A stretch of 64,000 nt of DNA from Mustelus asterias. Lineage: Eukaryota. The DNA lies in NCBI RefSeq assembly GCF_964213995.1, contig NC_135825.1, forward strand, positions 18,290,001 to 18,354,000, read 5' to 3'. The translations under genes and the position numbers were made by a program. This document shows, piece by piece, positions 10,557 to 22,500 of the stretch. The notes beneath the pieces are model-generated. The model worked only from the letters and a program-made list of their open reading frames with translations, searched no databases and was not told where the DNA came from. Within the stretch, counting starts at the first letter, position 1; every line of letters starts with the position of its first letter.

Positions 10557-13500
10557 CTAGAAGGAAATAAAATTCACAAGTTCATTGCTTGCTGCAAAAT
10601 TAATAGTAAACAAAGTCAAACGTTGTAATGTCAGGGCTGTTGCTGCTTAGAAAATCTCAGGGTAGAACTCAATTCACAAATGTCTTGGTAATTCAGTTCA
10701 GTAAGAGCTACTGGCGAATTCTGATGACAGATCTAATGCTGCCTGAGTCTATTTGTTGGGGTGAAAATTTTGACATGCGATTTAATTATCACTTTATTTT
10801 TAATCAAATTGCACAGTTCTTGAACTCCATCTGATTTTTAAAAAAAGATAAATCTGTATCACAATACTGCTGCCTCACAGTGCCAGGGACACGCGTTCGA
10901 TTCCCGGCTTGTGTCAGAGTCTGTGTGGAGTTTGCATGTTCTCCTCGTGTCTGAGTGGGTTTCCTCCGGGTCTTCCGGTTTCCTCCCACAGTCCGAAAGA
11001 CATGCTGGTTAGGTGCATTGGCCATGGTAAATTCTCCCTCAGTGCACTCGATCAGATGCCAGAGTGTGGCGACTAGAGGATTTTCACAGTAACTTCATTA
11101 CAGTGTTAATCTAAGCCTACTTGTGACTAATAAATAAATAAAACTAAATAAATAAACATCCACTTAAATGACAAAATAATACATTCAGTTTATTTAATTA
11201 TCAATGAGTACTGGATGTAACAACCAGTACAGATTCATGACTTAGCATATTAATATTTTTATGAAAATGTGTTATACAAAATTGACTTTATTACATCCTC
11301 AGCTGGATATATATTAATTTATGATGCCATCATCTGGATATTCACTTTTTTTGAAAAGGACATTTTTCCTTAGCAAAGGATACTGGCTTACAGCAGCTGC
11401 TGCATTGCATTTGTAAAGGGCACAGTTTGCTTTTTATGGAGACCTGGGGATTTCAAAGAGAAGTCACATAATCCAGCTCTTGGGTAAAAAGATACTGGAT
11501 TTTCAACAGTCAAGGAGAGACTGCATCAGAGCCAACAGCCAACCCCATCTCTCTTTCTTCATCAAAGCTGAGCTATTTGTGATTTGAAAATCCCAACAGA
11601 AGAACTTATTGCTGCAAACTGAGAGTGCAAAAAGGAGAATTCCTAATTAAAAACCACAACATCTAGTGAAAACACCAAGATCCAGCAGCTACTGTGGACC
11701 AGGACCAATCAGCTGCAAAGACACATCTGGTCACCATGTGATTTTTTACTTCAGTGAATCTACTTGTTACACTGTCGAGTTTTTTAATAGCTGATACTTG
11801 AAGAGTTTTATTTCCTTTTTGCATTCTTGTCGAGTGGGGCATGGGGTTTCCTGAATCGTGTGCATTGTAGATTGGTTGGACTAGCTAAGAAATGATTGCT
11901 GAGTCATTAGCACATCTAAACAATAACTGGATTATTAGATATAATGACTTACAGGTGCACATATCTAATGCAAGCAACATTATCACTCTTTACTCTTGGC
12001 CATGTGTCCCTTGCATCATCTTTATGGGCAGTGCTCTTTATACCGTCCCACACATTGGACTGGATTATACGGCCTCGCTTGTCCCAAAACAGTAAAATCG
12101 TGCCCGAGGTTAACGGACCTTCCCATTGTCTGCCCCTCACCCACTCCGATTCCCATGGTGGGCGGGCCAGTAAAATTCCGGCCATTACATCTTACTGATC
12201 CAATACTACAATGTGTGTGTTGCCTGTGCATTAGTAAATTTTGTTTTTCATTAGTGAGTATCATAGAATCTCTACAGTGCAGAAAGAGGCCATTTGACCC
12301 ATCGAGTCTGCACTGACCACAATCCCAACTGTACCCTATCCCCGTAACCCATGCATTTACCCAAGCTAATCCCCCTGACACTAAGGGGTAATATAGCATA
12401 GCCAATCCACCTAATGCACACATCTTTGGACTGTGGGAGGAAACCGGAGCACCTGGAGGAAACCCACGCAGACATGGGAAGAATGTGCAAACTCCACACA
12501 GACCCAAGCCCGGGAATTGAACCCGGGTCCCTGGCACTGTGAGGCAGCAGTGCTAACCACTGTGCCACCATGCCGTCCTATTTGGACATAGTTGAGCATT
12601 TTAATATTTTGGTAGTAATTTCTGCATCTTTACCTGAATGAGTTTTAGGAATAAAGATGACACTTTACTTGTTAACTGAAGGAGCCTGGTTGGATTTTTC
12701 CTTGCACCAGGTTATATACAGTTAAACATATTCGAAATTAGCAATTATTAGTTGCTGCCCATACTGACTTTCTGATAGAAACTAGTAATCAGTTCCAAGT
12801 ATAAAGAATGCTGATACCTGCAGAAATTCCAAGCTCAGTGTGCAGCGCATTAATGAGAGGATAAGGCCCTTCGTTGCAGAAAGAACCAGAGAAATCATCC
12901 ATAGCAAGTGTCCACACCATGGCTCCTCCAAAGTTGTTCTTTTTCAACCACTTAGCCTGAAAGACATTGTTCACAACTTTAATTCACAAATTCTTGTTTG
13001 AAAGCAACTTCTATCTCAAATTTAACTTATACTCCCTAGGGTCAGTGTTGGGACCTTTGCTTTCCCTCATATATGTTAAGGACCTAGACCTTGGTATACT
13101 GGGCACAATTTCAAAGTCTGCAGATGACACAAAACCTGACAACATTAGGATCCGGGAGGGGGGAGGATAGTGCAGGATCTCGAAAGTCCAGAGGCAAGTT
13201 GGTGGAAAGGGCATACAGATGGCAGATGAGACTCAATGCAGAGAAAGGTGAAGTAATTCATCTGAGGGGAAGAACATGAAAAGGCAATATAAAACAAAAG
13301 ATACTTATTTGAAGGACCTGGGTATATATGCACCTAGGTAATTTCATTTTGCAGGACAGGTTGAGAGAGCACCCAATAATGGATGGAGTACCCAGGGCAC
13401 AGTATACAAGTACAAAGAGGTTGGGCAGGATTTTACAGTCTCGCTCAGGTGAGATCATAAAATCCCGCCTGAAGCCAACGGGGATTTCTATTCTGGGAAC

Positions 13501-16500
13501 CCGGGGTGGGCAATGTGGTAGGTTTTCACTGCTTATGTTTAACAAGGAGAAGTCAGTAGTTTGGCCTGAGCTGGAGTATTGCGCTCAGTCCTGGATACCA
13601 CCCTTTAGGAAGGACATGAAGGCATTAGAGGATGCGGTAAAGATTCATGAAAGTTGTTCCAAGAAAGAGTAACTTCAGTTATGAAGATTATGGAAATGGA
13701 TTGGAGATGATGGGTCTGTTTCCATTCGAGAAAACAATGCAGAGAAGAGATTTGATAGAGGTGTTCAAAATTATGAGTACAGGACCAAGTAGATAGGGAG
13801 ACACTCCCCACTCGGGAAAGGATTAATCATGAGAGGACACAGATGTAATGTAATCAGTAAGAGAAGCAACAGTCGTATGGGGGAAATCTCTGTCATGCAG
13901 CGAGGGGTTAGGCTCTGGAATGCATTGTCAAGGAGTAAGGGTGGGCAGATGGTACCAGGTGAGTTGCTATTTCAGAGAGCCGGTGTAGATACAATGGGCT
14001 AAATGGCCTCTTTCTGAGCTGTAACGATTTTATGACTCGGTGAAGAATCACGAGTGCCGGGACTTCCAGCTCCTGTTTTCAGGCGGCAGGAATGCCTATG
14101 CGAGCGGAAAATTGAGCAAGAGTCCCAAAACGGCTTTCTCACTGGTGGGATTTCCCTATTTGATTGTCTCCCCCACCCCTCACCCCTCCCCCCCCTACCC
14201 CTCCCCCCTCCAATAACTTAACGGGAATTATGTCTGATTGTCTGCCTGTCTGTTCATGCTGACATGAATCATGACAGGTCTGCCACCTCCCCCTCCACCG
14301 CACCCACTATGGTGTGCATCTGGTGACCAGAACCCACCGGAGGCAGACAGCCCCCACCCGGGAGAGTGTCATGCCTGGGCAATGCCCTGACACTGACCAG
14401 GCACGGCCCCTTGGCCCTGCCCCTTGGCACGAAACAGACACTTCCCCTGTTCCTGCACCCTGGCACACTCGTCAGGCACTTCCCCTTGCAATGCTCCCCA
14501 GCACTATTAAGAGGGGTGTTCCATGAGGGGAGGGGTTGCATGCAGGGGTGGGCTCCATGTCCCTGGATGGGTGGAGGGGGTGTTCCATGTGGGAGGTGCC
14601 AGGATGGTGCTTGTTTTCTTGATTTTTATTTTTTAAATTAGTATGGCCTTCAAAAAAGGTGTCTCATCTCTCAGAAACCTAAGTTATTGGTGGTTCAAGC
14701 TCAGTGAAGAGCCCACCCAGCAGCATGACATCATGGGAAGTGTCCCTTCCACTTTTTTTGGTGTTTGAAAATTCAGCGGGAAAACCCAGCAAGGCAGCCA
14801 GCGGGCAGGTTGCTCTCCACTTTTACTTCCCGAGACAATACTTTGTCAACAAATCGGAAAACTCCAACCTACATAACTGAATACAAAAGGTGACTTGGTG
14901 AAAATGGCCAAAGGTCCTCTGCTAGCTTTGCATGAATAGTGTTTCATTTGACTTTTGTCATAGACCAGGGGCACATGAAATATTTAATGAGTATTGTAAT
15001 GACTTTAAAATAGATATTCCGAATATCATTCCAATTGCTGTGTAAGTATCTGGGAAGTGAGTCATTTCAGAAAATGCCTCTATTTCTGTGATGGACCATA
15101 ATTTGGCTACAAAGAGGTGAGTTAACAGAAATATGAACATCTCCCAACACTCTTACATAAGAGACTAACTCAGAAATAAAAATGTTGGTTAAAGAGCATT
15201 AAATTATCCATGACACATGCTCCACCAAAGCTTTGTGTAATGGTATACTATTCGTTATTCAACTGATCAATATACCAGCATGATTCCAATGCTGATTGCA
15301 ACAAACTAGTTGTATGTTAAAACAAATTTTGCACAAAGCCACCAAATAAAAAGTGTAGAACATCAGCGATACCTTGTCTGTAAAGCTTCTCACATTGTCG
15401 TATCCAACCCATTCCTTCCCTTTATAAGCATACGGAACCACCTGTGGAGCATCCCATTTCTCAGTGCCCCCTTTCAAAAATGAGCAGATCTGTGAGAAGA
15501 GTGAGACATTAGCTTTCAAATCATCCGTTGTCACAAATCATCAGTGGCTTGCAGTGCTTTCAATTTACACTGACAACATTTCTCACTTAATTTTTCTTTA
15601 ATAACTTATTCAGCTACCATTTTCTCTCAGAGTGGAGGCACTGTCCTGTTTTGCTGTTATAAGCATAGTTTTATTCATAAATAGCAAATGCTGACCAATA
15701 TTATCCTTTATTAAAAGGTATTCATTGATTCCTCACACCGCATGTTTCCAATCTGGAAGAGACAAATAAGCGTCCAGACTTTATTCAATAACATGAAAGA
15801 GATTGATTTCAGGAATAGCATCAACACCAGTTTCCTTACCTTTCAAAAAATGTGGAAATCAGTCATCAGTTGGCACACAAACTGCTAAAGATTGGCTGCA
15901 ATATTTGTACAAAACCCCTGAATTTTTCTGTAGGGAGCAAGGTTAAGGAGATAAACTGTTATATCCTTCACTTTACATCCTTGTGTATTTTCTAAGACTG
16001 ACAACAATGGCCAGATGATGAAGGGTGTGACATTTGACAATGGTAGAAATGTCGGTTTCTTTAACAGTAAACCAGATCTTGCTTCAGAGTGAATTGCGCA
16101 GGTAATACGCATTGAAGATTATACTTAAGAGCTGGTTTCTCCCTAATAGCAGAGCTTCTTCTGGACAGGGAAGAGAAAATCCAGAAGGGAAGAGTGGAAA
16201 CCAGTGCTTGTACTATGCTGTAGTTTCACAATAAAACAGTTGTGAATCATCAGAGTGCCTTCTCTGTCTGATTTGATAAATGAATATTCACCTGTAAAAC
16301 ATGGTAGAAGAGGATTGTCCTCAATCTTCTAAAGTGGGAAGATAAAGAAAACAGAAAACAATCTCGGTTTCTGACAAAAGAAAAGATCTCGGTGGGTTTT
16401 AAGGTGAAGTAACTGAGTCACGTTGTAAGATCAGAAACTATGATTACCCACCAGTCCTTTCAGCATTAGATTCATAGGAACAAAATGGAGATGTGGATTC

Positions 16501-19500
16501 GCATCAGTTCTCTAGCTGAAAGGAAGCAAAATATTACACTGAAGAAGTCATAGTCAAAACGTTAACTCTGTTTCTCTCTTTACAGATGCTGCTAGATCTG
16601 CTGAGTTTTTCAGCACTTTCTGTTTCATTTCAGAGTCCCAGAGTTTGGACATCCTTAAAGAGGGTGGTCCTCCCAAATGGAATTGCAGGAATGCATCATT
16701 TCATCAGCAATGACATAGTTCAGAATGACATACTGTTATTGCTGAGTAAGTCTTCAATGATAAAAGCAAAAATGCGTTTGGACATGAAGAATGACAAAGT
16801 ATTTGTGTTCTGTAAACGATGGATTTACAGTTCACGAGATGCAGACATTATTATATTCCGCTGAGAAAACCAGGAGGTTCCCGTCAAGAAGTTCAAGAGG
16901 TATTGTTGACCTCTGGAGATAAGAGTCTGGCTAACAAGAAAAGAATCATCTGGAAATTGCATAAAAGATTTGTCCATCCTTCATCACAAGTTAAAGCTAC
17001 CATTAAAGGAGTGCGGAGTTGTGGATAAAGACTGTGTTCGCAACTGTAGTAGGCACAGTGGTTAGTATTGCTGCCTCACAGCACCAAGGACCCGGGTTTA
17101 ATTCCATCCTCGAGTGATTGTCCATGTGGAGTTTGCACATTCTCCCCGTGTCTGCATGAACTTCCTTCGGGTGCTCTGGTTTCCTCCCCCATTCCAAAGA
17201 TGTGCAGGTTAGGTGGATTGGCCAAGCTGCATTGCCCCTTAGTGTCCCAAGATATATCGCTTCGGGGGAATGAGCGGGGTAAATATGTAGGGTTACGGAG
17301 TAAGCCTGGGCTAGTAGTCAGTGTAGACTCAATGGGCTGAATGGGCATCTTCTATGTTTTTTTGTCATTATAAGGGAAAACTTGTTTTTAAGTTTATTTA
17401 TTAGTGTCACAAATAGGCTTACATTAACACTGCAATGAAGTTACTGTGAAAATCCCCTAGTCGCCACACTTCGCCACCTGCTTGGGTACACTGAGGGAGA
17501 ATTTAGCATGGCCAATGCATCTAACCAGCATATCTTTCGGACTGTGGGAGGAAACCGGAGCACCTGGAGGAAACCCACACAGACATGGGAAGAACGTGCA
17601 GACTCCGCGTAGACAGTGATCCAAGACGGGAATTGAACCCAGGTCCCTGGCACTGTGAGGCAGCAGTGCTAACCACTGTACTACCAGGCATCTTCTTGAT
17701 GCATATGGATGATTTTTTATGGAGGGGCATTAATGACTTTGTAGAAAATGTTATTAGTCAAATTAGGAAGGAATTTCAAATTGGCAGTCAAGCTTCTGGG
17801 TGGGTCTTTCAGGTATATGGGTTTGGAGATTAAGCAGGGTGAATCAGGCGGAATCTTACATCAACAATATTACTTCTTCAATGTCAATCAAAGAACAAAG
17901 AACAATACAGCACAGGAACAGGCCCTTCGGCCCTCCAAGCCCGCGCCGCTCCCCGGTCCAGGATTGAATCCTGAATCCAGGATCCCCGCCCAATTTTCCA
18001 GCCTATCTACATACTAATATCCTATCCACCGAGCTGTCCCTCACAGCTACGATGCTTTGTTCATCACAACCTATTAACTCACCCCCACCCCCCCATTTCA
18101 GACCATGTGATCTCCAGGGAGAGGCGAAAACCCAGAGTGAAAACCCCAGGGCCAATATGGGGAAAAAAAATCTGGGAAATTCCTCTCCGACCCCCTGAGG
18201 CGATCGAAACGAGCAGGAGATCACACTGGCCCTGATCGGAAAATGCTTCCCAACCCTAGTCATTTCCACTTCCACGAACACCATATGAATTCCCTGCCCC
18301 CAAGACAGGTTCCCAACTATCCGCAGTCTCGCTCTGTACTGGCACCAGCAAGATGATCATAGAATGAAGCCTTGAAACGAGAAACAAAGAACAATTAGCC
18401 CGCGCCGCTCCCTGGTCCAAACTAGACCACTCTTTTGTATCCCTCCATTCCCACTCCGTTCATATAGCTGTCTAGATAAGTCTTAAACGTTCCCAGTGTG
18501 TCCGCCTCCACCACCTTGCCCGGCAACACATTCCAGGCCCTCACGACCCTCTGTGTAAAATATGTCCTTCTGATATCTGTGTTAAACCTCCCCCCCTTCA
18601 CCTTGAACCTATGACCCCTCGTGAACGTCACCACCGACCCGGGGAAAAGCTTCCCACCGTTCACCCTATCTATGCCTTTCATAATTTTATACACCTCTAT
18701 TAAGTCTCCCCTCATCCTCCGTCTTTCCAAGGAGAACAACCCCAGTTTCCCCAATCTCTCCTCATAACCAAGCCCCTCCATACCAGGCAACATCCTGGTA
18801 AACCTCCTCTGTACTCTCTCCAAAGCCTCCACGTCCTTCTGGTAGTGTGGCGACCAGAACCGGACGCAGTATTCCAAATGCGGCCGAACCAACGTTCTAT
18901 ACATCTGCAACATCAGACCCCAACTCTTATACTCTATGCCCCGTCCTATAAAGACAAGCATGCCATATGCCTTCTTCACCACCTTCTCCACCTGTGACGT
19001 CACCTTCAAAGATCTGTGGACTTGCACACCCAGGTCCCTCTGCGTCTCTACACCCTTTATGGTTCTTCCATTTATCGTGTAGCTCCTCCCTACATTATTC
19101 CCACCAAAATGCATCACTTCGCATTTATCAGGATTGAACTCCATCTGCCATTTCCTTGCCCAAATTTCCAGCCTATCTATATCCTTCTGTAGCCTCTCAC
19201 AATGTTCCTCACTATCTGCAAGTCCTGCCAGTTTTGTGTCGTCCGCAAACTTACTGATCACCCCAGTTACTCCTTCTTCCAGATCATTTATATAAATCAC
19301 AAACAGCAGAGGTCCCAATACAGAGCCCTGCGGTACACCACTAGTCACAGGCCTCCAGCCGGAAAAAGACCCTTCCACTACCACCCTCTGTCTTCTATGA
19401 CCAAGCCAGTTCTCCACCCATCTAGCCACCTCCCCCTTTATCACATGAGATCCAACCTTTTTCACTAGCCTACCATGAGGGACTTTGTCAAACACTTTAC

Positions 19501-22500
19501 TAAAGTCCATATAGACAACATCCACGGCCCTTCCTTCGTCAACCATTTTGGTCACTTCTTCAAAAAACACCACCAGGTTAGTAAGGCATGACCTCCCTCT
19601 CACAAAACCATGCTGACTATCGTTAATGAGTTTATTCCTTTCTAAATGCGCATACATCCTATCTCTAAGAATCTTCTCCAACAACTTCCCCACCACGGAT
19701 CCCATCACAAGTCGTCCCAGATCAGCTGCTGCCAAGGATGAGATGGAAATAGCTGAGGTGTCTGGTCGGACTGATCAATTGGTTAGGCACACAGAGAAAA
19801 CCAGATGCAAGTTTTGATGTACTCGGATTTAGCCTCGTCATGAAAAATCACTCACCTGATGAAGGAGCAGTGCTCAAAAGCTCATGCTACCAAATAAATC
19901 TGTCAGGCTTTAACCTGGTGTTGAGACTTCTTACTGTGACTATCCCAGTCCAACGCCGACATCTCCACATCATGAAAAATCGGAAAGTGAAGGACATCTT
20001 GAGAGCGGATAAAAGTTTTAGAACATTGAAACTGGGGAAGTGTATGCCAAAGTTCCCAGCTTTGGGTGATCCCAATGATGTGAAATTAATTGTTTTTATT
20101 GATGCCTCACATGCAAACATTGAGGATGGATTTTCCAGGGCAGCAGGATTCGGGATACTTCTTATGTGAGAGAAAGGGAAGTTAGCCCTTCGCACGGAAG
20201 GCAAAGAAAATAAGAAGAGTGGTGAAGAGCACACTAGCCGCTGAAACTCTTGAATTTATTGATCTGTTCATATGGTGTTCAAGATCTTGGAAGAAATGCT
20301 GTATGAAAAATAGACTGGAAGAACAGTAACAATAGAATGTTGCACTGGCAACCGAACTTTGTGGGATAATGTGCATTCTATAAAGTGTGTAAATGAATAG
20401 AGGCTTCGGAGAAACATAGCCAGCTTAAAGCAGATGTTGGAAAGGACAGAAATCTCTAAGGTAGGGTATGTATGTATCAATCATCAATTATCGGATTGTT
20501 TCACTGAGAGGAATGTCTCTACAGAGAAAAATGTTGAAGGTGCTAGAAGAGGAATGTTTCACTGTGTAACAGCGGGGAAACAGAATTAACATCAGAATCA
20601 TTGAAGGAGGCTATTCAGCCCATCGAGCCTGCACCGACAACAATCACACCTAGGTACTATCCCCGTAACCCCACTTATTTACCCTGCTAGTCCCCCTGAC
20701 ACCAAGGGGCAATTCAGTGTAGTCAATCAACCTAACCCACACGTCCTTGGAGTGTGGGAGGAAGAAACACACACAGGCACAGGGAGAAAGTGCAAACTCC
20801 ACACAGTCACCTGAGGCTGGAATCGAACCTGGGTCCCTGGGCGCTGTGAGGCAGCAGTGTTAACCACTGTGCCACCGTGCTGCCCAGGATTGATTTATTT
20901 TTCTATATTTGTACCTGTATACCTTTGCCTAAGTAGAATTGTTTCCGTTTCTTTAAAGAGAGCCAACCTGAAAATGTTAGCAGTGCAGGTCCCTTTAAGA
21001 GTAATCCAAGACAAGTTTAAGAGTGAATCGAGTGAAGCTCATTGAAGCTTCGACATAAGGGTCGGGTATGTCTCTGGACAGGGAGACAATCCAGAAGCCA
21101 AGAGTGGAAACCAAGATGTGAACTGAACAGTAGTATCACAATAAAATAGTTGCGAATCATTGGAATATCTTCTGCTACTTAATTCAATATCTGGATATTC
21201 ACCTGTAAAACAGCATTATATCTCTGTTCATCAGGATATAATGATGCATGTTTCAGCTCCTGTTCTGTTGGTACCTAAGCTGAGTGATGCCATGTGTTGT
21301 GATTATAGCAGAGTCACAGGATCTTCATACATGGGACAGATGATCAGCTGGGTGCCTTTGGCAAGGATTTCAGAATGCACTGCCTGTTTTAACATTTGGC
21401 CATTCTGGAAACTTCCATCACTGCAATTGCAGGGAATAGTGAGCACATGCTTTTAACATACATTTCCCTGTTATTTATTCTGTCCAAGGAAGTTCATCTG
21501 ATCAATGTAATTCCTCACAACACACCTTTAATGTTTTTGGAGCATTAAATTCAGTACTTGGTTGGTTAGTATTTTCAAATATACTATCTTATGGAATAGA
21601 GAAGCTGCCTCAATATCAATACCTCATAATAGGCCAAGATTCCAGCCTGATTGGTGTACTTCCCAGCTGCTCCACGACCAGCTGTATAGGCTCCAACCCC
21701 AGTTTTGGATGAGGCCAGTATGAAGGTATGGCCATATGCAGCAAATCCAACATTCAGTTTCTCTGCAGGAGCTCCCTGTTTTCTCAGGAAATTCATTACA
21801 TAGTCCTACAGGGAAAAAAAAATCGTAAGTGTATGCTCGAAGGGCTTTGCAAACCATATGGCTGAAAACAATAAGACTATTAGAGAAAGGAGCAGAATTA
21901 AGCCATTCAGCCCATCGAGTTTGCTCTGCCATTCAGTCATGGCTGATATGTTTTTCAACACCATTCTCCCACCTTTAGCTTGAAACCTTTGATCCCCTTA
22001 CCAATCAAGAACCCATCTATCTCTGTCTTAAATACACTCAATGACCTAACCCCCGCAGCCTTTTGTGGCAATGAATTCCACAGATTCACCACCCTGTGGC
22101 TGAAGAAATTCCTCCTCATCTCAGTTCTAAAGAGTCGTCCCTTTACTCTGAGGCTGTGCCTTTGGATCCTCATCTCTCCTACTAATGGAAACATCTTACC
22201 CACGTCCACTCTGAAACAGATAGCCTATATTGAAAGTAATAAATATGATTGGATTCTATTTCCAAGAACACTTACCACATTAAAGTAAAGGTTGGTATAA
22301 TGATGATCATTTGGGAGAGGAAAAAGAGGGCTATTTTCTCCAGTGGCAATATTCCAGGATCCAAAGAAATCGTATGTCATCACATTGAAAAAGTCCAAGA
22401 TTCTGGAGGAGAAAGGAATTGAATTAGACTAGAATGAATGGTAATTATCTGACTCATTAAAGGATTGAGGGGTGACAATTGAAATCCTGTCCACAGTCAC

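Larger units (their letters stand above)
16041..21212 (+). mobile_element. Decayed Copia-like LTR retrotransposon in intron 8 of A, with nested SINEs, CR1 and Penelope fragments
   Basis: LTRs at about 16041-16301 and 20975-21212, both ending atattcacctgtaaaaca; PBS TGGTAGAAGAGGATTG at 16302-16317; order INT-like [18 protein letters not shown], RNase[10 protein letters not shown] / [10 protein letters not shown]; empty site in B at about 44870. Confidence 0.8.

Noticed and set aside
11270-11950. Possible additional old LTR in intron 10 of A
   Set aside because: Only vague resemblance to the intron-1 LTR; no clear termini or TSD found.
18422-19735. 437-aa reverse transcriptase ORF as a domesticated gene or retron-like system
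   Set aside because: It is a 5'-truncated CR1 ORF2 with its own 3' tail; the apparent start comes from flanking Copia sequence.
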